Source of the DNA: Macrostomum lignano
Taxonomy: Eukaryota
Assembly (NCBI GenBank): GCA_002269645.1
Contig: NIVC01003549.1
Location: 1 to 61,370 of the forward strand
DNA: 61,370 nucleotides
Direction: 5' to 3'
The notes under the pieces are model-generated. The model was given only the letters and a program-made list of their open reading frames with translations. It did no database searches and had not been told where the DNA came from. Numbering within the stretch: position 1 is the stretch's first letter; every line of letters starts with the position of its first letter. The position numbers and the translations under genes are program-made. Positions 22,591-33,740 of the stretch are shown here, piece by piece.

Positions 22591-22989
22591 TGAGGTTGGC
22601 GAAAGCAGTGCGGCACTCAGCAGTGCCAAGAAGCGAGGGCGCAGAGCAGCCGGCAGGGCCCCCCGCCCACTGGCCCAGCAGCTGTCGCCGCCACTGCTCA
22701 GCAGCAAGTCAGGATAATTTACACCAGAGAACCGAGGCCGTGCCCAGTCAATTGGAAATCCATGAAGGGATTAAATCAGTCTTAGCGTGGATAAATCAAT
22801 CGAAACCCGGAGATTGCAGAGAAAACATTTGAGCTTTCAAAACAACTACGAGTACTAATTTTTATACGAAAGTTATATTAGGCCTTAGTTGACTCCTTAA
22901 GGAGAAAAAATCAAAAAACGCAGATAGTAAGAGCTAGAATATAACCTACAATCCATCACATTGCAGGCCTGCTCATGCAGCTTATGGTT

Positions 22990-23415
22990 GCGGGGATAGG
23001 GACATGTGTACATTATGAGTGTGAGGATAAGGACATGTGTACATTATAGGTGTGGGGATAGGGACATGTGTACATTATGAGTGTGGGGATAGGGACATGT
23101 GTACATTATGAGTGTGGGGATAGGGACATGTGTACATTATAGGTGTGGGGATAGGGACATGTGTACATTATGAGTGTGGGGATAGGGACATGTGTACATT
23201 ATGAGTGTGGGGATAGGGACATGTGTACATTATGAGTGTGGGGATAGGGACATGTGTGCATTATGGGTGTGGGGATAGGGACATGTGTACATTATGAATG
23301 TGGGGATAAGGACATGTGTACATTGTGGGTGAGGGGATACGGACATGTGTACATTATGAGTGTGGGGATAGGGACATGTGTACATTGTGGGTGAGGGGAT
23401 AGTGACATGTGTCCA
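22990..23415. repeat. 31-bp minisatellite (GGGATAGGGACATGTGTACATTATGAGTGTG)n
   Basis: About 13 tandem units; intronic. Confidence 0.93.
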
Positions 23416-23445
23416 CAGTGAGGGAATCCCCAAGCTGTCACCCAC

Positions 23446-24480
23446 CTGAATATCGGAGAATGACGATGACTTCTTGAGCGCCGGTTTCCTCACTACAGCT
23501 TCGCCAATGCTGGAGTCCTGGCTGAGCTCGATGGGAGGCACGGGCGGCCGGTGGCGGATGACCAGCCTGTCGGCCTGGCCGCTGTGAGTCTCCTCGTCCT
23601 CGTCCTCGTCGTACTCGGCGCTGTCCGCGGTGAAGGATCTGACATGGTGCTCCGTGCTGAACCGAAGCTGCTTTGGCGACTTCGGAGTCAGCGGCGGCTG
23701 TGGCTGCTGCCGGTTAGACGGCGACGGGTCTTCGGCTGGCGGCGGCGGCTGCTGCCTCTGCGGCGTGGCGTCGGTGGTCCGCCGGAGGAACCTGGCGCCG
23801 TCCTGGCCGATGCTGTGGCTCTCGCTCTCGCTGAGGAAGTCCAGGCTGGCGCGGTGCCGGTACAGCTGGTGCCGGGTCTCGTCTTCGGCCTCAATAGCTT
23901 CGGCGGCCGTCGGCTGCAGGCGGGCCTTGCGCGACTTGGGCCGGTCGGGGTCGGTCAGGCTGGAAGACATGCTGGTGGAGACGGCGGCCGCCTGCTGCTG
24001 CTGCTGGGGCCGCTGCGAAGTGAGGCGGCTGGCCTTGTCCAGCACTGCGCTGTGCCGACCTGGCGCCGACTGCTGTGGCTGCTGCGGCTGCTGCTGGCTG
24101 CTGGTCCGCTTCGGCGGAGCTGAGCTCGGCTGCGGCTTCGGCGGCTGCTGCTGCTGCTTGGAGCTGCTCGGCGCCGCCGTCTTGGACTTCAAAAACCGAC
24201 TGCCAGCGGCGGCCCGGGCTCCGCCGGAGCTGCTGCTGGTGACGGAGACGTCGCTTACATCGGAGCCCAGGTGGACTTTTTTGCGACGGCGCTGCGGCTG
24301 CTGCTGCGGCTTGGCCTTGCGGTCCGCCTCGGTGGACAGGGTGGTCTGCTGCCGCACCTCCTGCAGGAAGTCGTTCAGCTGCGCCTCCTCCGTCTCGGCG
24401 CTCTGCCGCCGATAATCACCGCGGAGCTGCCGGCTGGTGCGCTCCAGCAGCTTCGATGTGGACGCTCTGGTGGGGATCGC
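23446..24480 (-). CDS. C19orf44: C19orf44 homolog, N-terminal low-complexity exon; the first coding exon was not securely found
   Basis: Acceptor tgttccag|GCG and donor CAG|GTGGGT; 1035 nt, phase 0/0. It contains SRFLK and RFLRR motifs. The phase chain to the DUF4614 exons is consistent. Confidence 0.7.
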
Positions 24481-24504
24481 CTGGAACAGGGCAGTGCGCC
24501 TGAC

Positions 24505-25300
24505 AGTGTCTGATACAGAGCTGACAGCAGTTCCCTCACTGACACAGAGCTGACAGCAGTTCCCTCACTATGACACAGAGCTGACAGCAGTTCCCTCACT
24601 GACACAGAGCTGACAGCAGTTCCCTCACTATGACACAGAGCTGACAACAGTTCCCTCACTGACACAGAGCTGACAGCAGTTCCCTCACTATGATTCAGAG
24701 CTGACAGCAGTTCCCTCACTGTGACACAGAGCTGACAGCAGTTCCCTCACTATGATTCAGAGCTGACAGCAGTTCCCTCACTGTGACACAGAGCTGACAG
24801 CAGTTCCCTCACTATGATACAGAGCTGACAGCAGTTCCCTCACTATGATACAGAGCTGACAGCAATTCCCTCACTATGATACAGAGCTGACAGCAGTTCC
24901 CTCACTATGACACAGAGCTGACAGCAGTTCCCTCACTATGACACAGAGCTGACAGCAATTCCCTCACTATGACACAGAGCTGACAGCAGTTCCCTCACTA
25001 TGACACAGAGCTGACAGCAGTTCCCTCACTGACACAGAGCTGACAGCAGTTCCTTCACTATGACACAGAGCTGACAGCAATTCCCTCACTATGACACAGA
25101 GCTGACAACAGTTCCCTTACTTTGAGACAGAGCTGACAGCAGTTCCCTCACTGTGACACAGAGCTGACAGCAGTTCCCTCACTATGACACAGAGCTGACA
25201 GCAGTTCCCTCACTATGACACAGAGCTGACAACAGTTCCCTTACTTTGAGACAGAGCTGACAGCAGTTCCCTCACTGTGACACAGAGTTGACAGCAATTC
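24505..25300. repeat. 29/31-bp minisatellite (GACACAGAGCTGACAGCAGTTCCCTCACTAT)n
   Basis: About 26 tandem units. Confidence 0.95.
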
Positions 25301-26271
25301 CTTTCTCTAAGCTAGAAAAGCTACAGACTAAAGAAGCAAAGAGCAAAGCAGAACAAAGAGCTGTACACACACGTGTGCCATGGCTATTTATAAGAACATT
25401 GACTCAGGTTTTGCATGGTAAAAAAACTAACCGAGTGACAAATGAACATCGACTGCCTAGTTGAAGCTGCTGACAAAAGAAATTATTAACGGAGAAAAAC
25501 TGAAGCAGAAGACGAGTTCACAGCTACAGGGGGGCAGTCAGTTGGGAGGCTGTGAGACTTATCTCAGCGACTGCCATTAAAAGTGCATTTGTACTTATTG
25601 CAGAAGCTGAGACCTTCGCGCTACAAAAATACACAAACGACTCAGCCTTCAAAATCGTAGGAATCGTTAAGTACACTTCAAGCTAGTCTAGGTGTGAGCA
25701 ATCCATCCAACTGAACAGAAGAAAGTGCAATTGAAGACTTAAAAAAGGGATCTGGGTTGAAAATGACGAATAGCAGATAGCAGGGCTGTTGCAAATACTG
25801 ACTGGCAGGAGATGCAAAACGCATCACAAGAGCTGAGGTGTGCAGCGGCATCACTAGATACACAAAGCTGTTTGATGGACAGGCGGGAGAGCTCCATGGA
25901 GTGTAAAAATATTCTCTGCTCTGGTCAACTGAGTCTAAGTGGCCAGGTGGGAAACCGCAAGAGCAAAGAGTGATTCACATGGGAAGGGGATTGAAAAACA
26001 CACTTTCTTAAACAAATGATCAACACAAAATCCCTACAGGTATATCAAGGACATTGCAGGACGAATAAAAAAAACAAAAAGGTAAAAACATATTTTTCGG
26101 ATTGCAGGAATTAATCATGGACTCAGAACGAATGTTCGCACAGCTGCTTAATAAATTTTAAAATGAGATTCACAACGCAATAAAAATGTCTGTGATAGGG
26201 GGTGAATAATGTTCCAAGTTAAGAGAAAACCTTTTATTTGTTGACATTTCAATATGGGCTGTAGAAAAGTC

Positions 26272-27130
26272 CGTGCAGTGGGTGTACATTGGGGCTGGTA
26301 GCTGCAGGTGTGAGTGTACATTGGGGCTGGTAGCTGCAGGGTGTGAGTGTACATTGGGTCTGATAGCTGCAGGGTGTGAGTGTACATTGGGGCTGATAGC
26401 TGCAAGGGTGTGAGTGTACATTGGGTCTGATAGCTGCAGGGTGTGAGTGTACATTGGGGCTGGTAGCTGCAGGGTGTGAGTGTACATTGGGGCTGGTAGC
26501 TGCAGGGTGTGAGTGTACATTGGGTCTGATAGCTGCAGGGTGTGAGTGTACATTGGGTCTGATAGCTGCAGGGTGTGAGTGTACATTGGGGCTGATAGCT
26601 GCAAGGGTGTGAGTGTACATTGGGGCTGATAGCTGCAAGGGTGTGAGTGTACATTGGGTCTGATAGCTGCAGGGTGTGAGTGTACATTGGGTCTGATAGC
26701 TGCAGGGTGTGAGTGTACATTGGGTCTGATAGCTGCAGGGTGTGAGTGTACATTGGGTCTGATAGCTGCAAGGGTGTGAGTGTACATTGGGGCTGATAGC
26801 TGCAAGGGTGTGAGTGTACATTGGGGCTGATAGCTGCAAGGGTGTGAGTGTACATTGGGGCTGATAGCTGCAAGGGTGTGAGTGTACATTGGGGCTGATA
26901 GCTGCAAGGGTGTGAGTGTACATTGGGGCTGATAGCTGCAGGTGTGAGTGTACATTGGGGCTGATAGCTGCAGGGTGTGAGTGTACATTGGGGCTGATAG
27001 CTGCAGGGTGTGAGTGTACATTGGGGCTGGTAGCTGCAGGGTGCGAGTGTACATTGGGGCTGATAGCTGCAAGGTGTGAGTGTACATTGGGGCTGATAGC
27101 TTCAGGGTGTGAGTGTACATTGGGGCTGAT
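26272..27130. repeat. 33/34-bp minisatellite (GTGTGAGTGTACATTGGGGCTGATAGCTGCAGG)n
   Basis: About 26 tandem units. Confidence 0.95.
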
Positions 27131-27569
27131 GGATTCAATATCATATGGATACTTTGATAATGTGTTACAGAGACACTAGTAGAGTAATTGTGAGCCAGTG
27201 TGAGAATAGTTTGACTTTAAAAAAGTAAAATAAAGTTACAAGCCACAGGATTACGGCAAAACAGAGTAAAAATTGCATTTTAAAATCAGCTAACAAGCCA
27301 ATCGCACAACTGACTAGATGATTCGGTTTGATATTTCTAAAAGTACAGAAAGCGCGAACGCTGGGATAGAGAATTAAGAATGTGGTTAGTAAATAAAAAG
27401 ACGAGTCCAGAGCAAGCATCTGACGAGTGCCGTAACGAGAAAATTGTGACTGTCTGCAAAAGTGACATTTTAAACACAAAAGTTCCTTGAAAAATTAACA
27501 CTGAAAAGTTCAGAAGTAAAGCCTGCTTATGCTACTTAGATCATTAGGCCGCTAGTAACGCTAATATGC

Positions 27570-28370
27570 ATCTTGCCATGATAATTAGGCACCTGGCCAC
27601 GGTAATTAGACATCTAGCCATGATAATTAGGCATCTTGCCACGGTAATGAGGCATCTAGCCACGGTAATTAGGCCTCTAGCCACGGTAATTAGGCCTCTA
27701 GCCACAGTAATTAGGCATCTAGCCACAGTAATTAGGCCTCTAGCCACAGTAATTAGGCATCTAGCCATGATAATTAGGCATCTGGCCATGATAATTAGGC
27801 ATCTGGCCACGGTAATTAGGCATCTAGCCATGATAATTAGGCATCTGGCCATGATAATTAGGCATCTGGCCACGGTAATTAGGCATCTAGCCACGGTAAT
27901 TAGGCCTCTAGCCACAGTAATTAGGCATCTAGCCACAGTAATTAGGCATCTTGCCATGATAATTAGGCATCTGGCCATGATAATTAGGCATCTAGCCACA
28001 GTAATTAGGCATCTTGCCATGATAATTAGGCATCTGGCCATGATAATTAGGCATCTGGCCACGGTAATTAGGCATCTTGCCACGGTAATTAGGCATCTGG
28101 CCACGGTAATTAGGCATCTGCCCACGGTAATTAGGCATCTGGCCACGGTAATTAGGCATCTGCCCACGGTAATTAGGCATCTAGCCACGGTAATTAGGCA
28201 TCTGGCCACGGTAATTAGGCATCTAGCCACGGTAATTAGGCATCTGCCCACGGTAATTAGGCATCTAGCCACAGTAATTAGGCATCTGCCCACGGTAATT
28301 AGGCATCTAGCCACAGTAATTAGGCATCTGACCTCGGTAATTAGACATCTAGATACGCTAATTAGTTATC
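27570..28370. repeat. 21-bp minisatellite (ATTAGGCATCTAGCCACGGTA)n
   Basis: About 38 tandem units. Confidence 0.95.
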
Positions 28371-28468
28371 TAGCCATGACACGCTCGCAATTAGGCATTA
28401 GCTAGCGACTGACAGATCAAAAAAGGTGACTAGGCAAGCCAAACAGGCACTCAGCCAGCGGTTTTCAG

Positions 28469-28601
28469 TCAGTCCCGCGGCACCGAGGCCCGACTGTCCG
28501 GCTGCTGCTGGTCCGAGGCGGCGCCGGCCCCGGCTGCCGAGGCCTTCACCAGGAAGGACTCGATCTTGGCGATGCACGCGTCCTGGTATTCGTGCTTCCA
28601 G
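28469..28601 (-). CDS. SARM1: SARM1 exon 5 (end of TIR domain)
   Basis: Acceptor gatctcag|C completes the phase-2 codon CC+C. It gives PWKHEYQDACIAKIESFL (human SARM1: KWSHEYQEATIEKIIRFL). Stop TGA at 28469-28471. This frame is not in the ORF track. Confidence 0.9.
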
Positions 28602-28744
28602 CTGAGATCGAGACAATGAAAAAGAGGTTTGAATGCGACAATGTACAGAATGATTTGAATTCTCTGCTCCTCTGGGTGTGCGTGTTTCAGGCCCCTCTCT
28701 CCTCACCTCCTGATTGGCTGTCCGTTCTTACGTTCTTAGTCGTG

Positions 28745-29200
28745 CTCCTCACCTCTCCGACTCCACCCTGTGCCTTCGCCCCTCTTCATCTCTTCCCTCT
28801 CCCCACCCTGTGCCTTCGCCCCTCATTTCTCCCCTCTCCCCACCCTGTGCCTTCGCCCCTCTTCATCTCTCCCCTCTCCCCACTCTGTGCCTTCGCCCTC
28901 CTCATCTCTCCCCTCTTCACCCTGTGCCTTCGCCCTCCTCATCTCTCCCCTCTCCACCCTGTGCCTTCGCCCCTCATTTCTCCCCTCTCCCCAACCTGTG
29001 CCTTCGCCCCTCATTTCTCCCCTCTTCCCAACCTGTGCCTTCGCCCCTCCTCATCTCTCCCCTCTCGCCACTGTGTCTTCGCCCCTCATTTCTCCCCTCT
29101 TCCCAACCTGTCTTCGCCCCTCATTTCTCCCCTCTCCCTAACCTGTGCTTTCGCCCCTCATTTCTCCCCTCCACCCTAAGCCTTCGCCCCTCCTCATCTC
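28745..29200. repeat. Pyrimidine-rich minisatellite (CCTGTGCCTTCGCCCCTCATTTCTCCCCTCTCC)n
   Basis: Directly visible in SARM1 intron 4. Confidence 0.9.
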
Positions 29201-30248
29201 CAGTCTCCCCCAATGCGTGCAGAGCTTACAGCAGTATACAACTGTATATTGTATATACAGTGCACTAGTAGGTAGAATATGCAGAATGATACTAGCTGTA
29301 ACGAGTAAAAAGAAGTTGAAATCAGATCAGCCGAAGGCCGCGGTTTCCTGTCACTAAACCAGACCTTAAAGTGCCCATAAATTTCCTAATCTGAGTAGTT
29401 CAACGAGAAACAAGAGCATGTATAACTCGGGCTTAGAATAAATGTTCTCAAGTTCTTGCCCAAATTCGGATGTAGTTAAGCGAAGCACACAGGAGACGGA
29501 GGAGAGAGGGGACCCTAGCAAGAGCACAGTAGCCTCCCCGAGTCGATAAAGATCGGTGAACGCCCAGCGAGCACGCGATCTCAATGATGAAATAGTCTGC
29601 AGGACAACCGGAGCTGAGCCCAGTCCAGGTCGGAGTAGGGGGGGGGGGGTTATTAAAAGTGCGAGCGCCTCTGTGCCTCTCCCCTTTGCCGAGCTTCTTC
29701 TCCTGTGAAGCAGCAAAGCACGGCATTAGATAAATTTCAGCCGCCGGTCTGGCAACTCGGCGTTTGCTAATAAAATTTCCGCGCAGGACAGCCGCCCACC
29801 CCCTCCCAATGGGATCAGCGAGGCCGAGTCCAGACAAGGGGAGATGTTGATTTTTAATTAATTTAATCCTCGAGACGGCATCTGTAAGAGTTGCTCAAAG
29901 GGTATCTGACAAACTGTTATCTACCGGCCTAGGCGGTAGGTAAAATTGCCTCGCAGGGCGGACGAGCGAAACCAAGAAAGGCAGAAGAGTCTGAGCGTAA
30001 GCTGTGAGCAAGTTCTTGCTTGGATCGAGGTAAATTTCCCGCATTGATAGAAGTGCTTTTGCTAATAGATGATGTCCGAAAAATGACTTTAGGAAATTAA
30101 CCATAGGGAAACCCCAGCTTTGATGGGATGAGATACGCTCGTACAAGCGTTAGTGCGTCCCGACACCCGACAAGCTTCAGTGTATAAAAGGGAAATTTCA
30201 ATATTAGTATAGGCGGTAAATCCCAGTATTTAATGTAAGGAAAGCCCC

Positions 30249-30569
30249 GCTTTAGCGTACGCAAGAAAGTCCCGTTGTTAATGCGTGTATGGAAATTCGT
30301 GAGTTATTATGTACGCGAGGAAATCCTAGCCTTATTATGTACGTGGGGAAATCCCAGCTTTAGTAATGTACGTGGGGAAATCCCAGCTTTAGTGTATCTA
30401 AGCAAATAGCGCTTTAGCGTACGCAAGAAAGTCCCGTTGTTAATGCGTGTATGGAAATTCGTGAGTTATTATGTACGCGAGGAAATCCTAGCCTTATTAT
30501 GTACGTGGGGAAATCCCAGCTTTAGTAATGTACGTGGGGAAATCCCAGCTTTAGTGTATCTAAGCAAAT
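30249..30569. repeat. 162-bp direct tandem duplication with internal ATGTACGTGGGGAAATCCCAG subrepeats
   Basis: 30249-30407 is repeated at 30411-30569. Confidence 0.9.
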
Positions 30570-30720
30570 GCGTAGAAAAATTCTTGCCTCAGTCTAGATT
30601 GGAAACTCAAGCATTAGTGAGCGTGGTAAATCCAGGCCAACTAGTGCATATGAGGCAGCCGGCCCTCGACGTACAGCCTGGAAAAAACATTCAGATAGGA
30701 GCAGACTGGAAGCAACTCAC

Positions 30721-31443
30721 GGCACGCTGTTGTAGGCCTGCAGGCAGCGGATGTCCTCGGGTAGCTGGTCGGGATCTGGGAACACGAACCCGGGATCCAG
30801 CACTGGGATAATGTTGCAGCCGGAGCTCAGCGCCACCGACAGCTCCTTGTGCAGCCAGTCGGCCCCGTCGTTGTCGCCAATGCAGCGGTCCAGAGCGCCG
30901 GGCGTCAAGACGACGATGAAGTTGCGCGTGTTGGCGATGCTGTGCAGCAGCTGATCGTCGAATCTGCCAGACGGCAGGCGGTAGACGTCAAGGAAGACGG
31001 TGTGGCCCCGCAGCTGCAGGTGCACGCGCAGCAGGGAGGCCAACAGGGCGCCGCCCTCGCGCCGATAGCTGACGAAGACGTCCGGGCCGGGCGCGGGCTC
31101 CGGCTGCCGGCTGGCCGCCCGCAGGATTCGCAGCCGGTGGACGGCTCCAGAGACGCCGGCATCGGCTAGCATGGCGTCACTGGCGGAGGCCAGGAGGCGG
31201 CGGTCGCAGCCGGCGGTGAGCAGGGCGTAGGCGAACTGGACGCTGTCCTGGCCAACGCAGCGGCGCAGCCAGCCGGCCAGGCCGGACGGGTCACAGGGCG
31301 AGTAGTCGGTGGAGGTGCGAAGCTGGTCGATCTCGCGCATCAGCCGCTGGCGCAGGAGGCCGTTGCTGAGGCCGATGGAGTCGCGCAGGTCGGCGTCAGT
31401 GATGCGGAGCAGAAGGTCACCGTCGACGCGGGAACGGGAAAAT
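30721..31443 (-). CDS. SARM1: SARM1 exon 4 (SAM1 end, SAM2, TIR NADase domain)
   Basis: Acceptor tcttcag|A and donor CC|GTGAGT; 723 nt. Contains VDGDLLLRIT, PDVFVSYRR, LASLLRVHLQL and DWLHKEL, with the catalytic Glu (human E642 equivalent) at codon 30843-30845. Confidence 0.95.
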
Positions 31444-31479
31444 CTGAAGATGGTAGCGCATCGAAGGGAATCCTGGCAC

Positions 31480-31645
31480 AATGTACATTGAAGGAAATCC
31501 CAAACCGATGTACATTGAAGGAAATCCCGAACCGATGTACATTGAAGGAAATCCCGAACCGATGTGCATTGAAGGAGATCCCGAACCGATGTACATTGAA
31601 GGAAATCCCGAACCGATGTGCATTGAAGGGAATCCCGGACCGATG
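31480..31645. repeat. 27-bp minisatellite (GATGTACATTGAAGGAAATCCCGAACC)n
   Basis: About 6 units in SARM1 intron 3. Confidence 0.9.
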
Positions 31646-31740
31646 AAAACACAGAACAGAATCCCCGATATTGTAGCTCCTGCATAGAAGAAAGGAAATG
31701 AATCAAAGTGATGCCCAGTTGCACATAAAAGGTCCCTCAC

Positions 31741-32231
31741 CTGTCGACCAGCTCGGGAAAGCCAACCTGCTGCAGCCAGAGCTGGACGTCCCGCTCCGAC
31801 CAGAGACAGGCGGCCGCCGGGAACCGATGTGGCAGCTCCTCACCCAGGGTTTCCAGAGCCTGAGTGGCGAATCGAGCCGCTAGATGGTTGGTGCCGGCCG
31901 CGGTGCGGCGGAGAAGCGGCAGGGCGCCGATGTCGGCGAACAGGCCGGCTTTGGCCTGCTCCTGCTTCACCACCGCCTCCATGGCGAAGTGGAAGGCGGC
32001 CAGGGCCTGCGCCTCGGCCTGGTCGCAGGCCAGCAGAGTCATGAGGCGCTGCAGCCAGCCGGCCGACCTGCCCTGGGCGTGGCCCTCGTCAGATCGACGG
32101 AATTCAGCGGGCGAATGGGACAGCAGCCAAGGCCGGACCAGCTGCAGGGTGCCGCTGCTGGCCACGGCGTTGGCGAGCTCCCGGTTGACGGCCAGCACGC
32201 AGATGGCCAGACAAGCGTAGTACTGCACCAC
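31741..32231 (-). CDS. SARM1: SARM1 exon 3 (ARM repeats, SAM1 start)
   Basis: Acceptor cccgcag|GTG and donor AG|GTGAGG; 491 nt. YACLAICVLAVNRE, FADIGAL, LGEELP and WSERDVQLWLQQVGF align with human HACLAVAVLATNKE, FSDIGAI, LGEEVP and WKEAEVQTWLQQIGF. Confidence 0.95.
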
Positions 32232-32259
32232 CTGCGGGCGGGTGCGGTGCCGGGGAGAT

Positions 32260-33255
32260 TTGAGCTAGGGCTAGGGCTGGGGCTAGGGCTAGAACTAGGG
32301 TTAGGGTTAGGGCTAGGGTTATGGCTAGGGTTATGGCTAGGGTTATGGCTAGGGCTAGGGCTAGGGCTAGGGCTAGAACTAGGGTTAGAGCTAGGGCTAG
32401 GGTTATGGCTAGGGCTAGGGCTAGGGTTATGGCTAGGGCTAGGGCTAGGGCTAGAACTAGGGTTAGAGCTAGGGCTAGGGTTATGGCTAGGGCTAGGGCT
32501 AGGGCTAGAACTAGGGTTAGGGCTAGGGCTAGGGTTATGGCTAGGGTTATGGCTAGGGCTAAGGCTAGAACGAGAGTTGAGGCTAGGGCTACATGTATGG
32601 TTATGGCTAGGGTTAGGGCTAGGGCTATGTTTATGGCTAGGGTTATGGCTAGGGCTATGGCTAGGACTAGGGTTAGAGCTAGGGCTAGGGTTATGGCTAG
32701 GGCTAGGGCTAGGGTTATGGCTAGGGCTAGGGCTAGGGCTAGGGCTAGAACTAGGGTTAGAGCTAGGGCTAGGGTTATGGCTAGGGCTAGGGCTAGGGTT
32801 ATGGCTAGGGCTAGGGCTAGGGCTAGAACTAGGGTTAGAGCTAGGGCTAGGGTTATGGCTAGGGCTAGGGCTAGGGCTAGAACTAGGGTTAGGGCTAGGG
32901 CTAGGGTTATGGCTAGGGTTATGGCTAGGGCTAAGGCTAGAACGAGAGTTGAGGCTAGGGCTACATGTATGGTTATGGCTAGGGTTATGGCTAGGGCTAG
33001 GGGTAGAACTAGGGTTAGAACTAGGGTTATGGCTAGGGCTAGAACTAGGGTTATGGCTAGGGCTAGAACTAGGGTTATGGCTAGGGCTAGGGTTATTGCT
33101 AGGGCTATGGTTATGGCTAGGGCTAGGGCTAGGTTTATGGCTAGGGCTAAGGCTAGAACTAGAGTTGAGGCTAGGGCTACATGTATGGTTATGGCTAGGG
33201 TTATGGCTAGGGCTAGGGCTAGGGTTATGGCTATGGATAGGGTTAGGATTAGGGC
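32260..33255 (+). repeat. Telomere-like hexamer array (CTAGGG/TTAGGG/TTATGG/CTAGAA)n
   Basis: About 165 in-register hexamers in SARM1 intron 2. Confidence 0.9.
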
Positions 33256-33740
33256 TTACGGGGATTGGCCCTCAAGGCTGTTAATGGCACAAGCACAAGC
33301 AGATCCAAACCAAGATTCCAGTTTAGCTCTAAAATAAATGTGATTGCACTTGGAATCGAGTCTGGGCCGCTGGCACATAAGAGCGCCGCGCTGGACCACT
33401 AAGCTACGCCCCCCCCCAGGGTTAGGCTTCCCGTCGGTCAATAAACCGAGTCACTCAAGCATTTATTGCCCTCGCACAGAGATAAATGGGGAATGCTATA
33501 ACTTATATGCTTTATTCCCCCAATTTGGGATTTTTTTGTAGTACTATTATTGGGTAATTATCAGCAAAAAGGGCAGTTTAAAGGCATTTGTGCTCATTTG
33601 TCTTGCTTTTTTGTTTAGTAAATTTGTAGGCACTCTCCTACGCCAAAGGACGAAGGTTCGATTCGCGAGGAATGCTAGCCTGCTGGGACGCTAGATAGGC
33701 CCAGAGCAGTCAGGCGACAAAAGTACACCCGATAGCTCAC

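Noticed and set aside
25373-25381. Micro first exon ATG GCA CAC|GTGTGT for the C19orf44 homolog
   Set aside because: The phase fits the acceptor at 24480 and the start context is fair, but 9 nt is too little evidence to call.
29366-30146. Short ORFs in SARM1 intron 4 as retroelement remnants
   Set aside because: No recognisable reverse transcriptase, endonuclease or transposase motif.
31884-33337. LGLGL and ARARV repeat ORFs
   Set aside because: Hexamer-array translations in a SARM1 intron.
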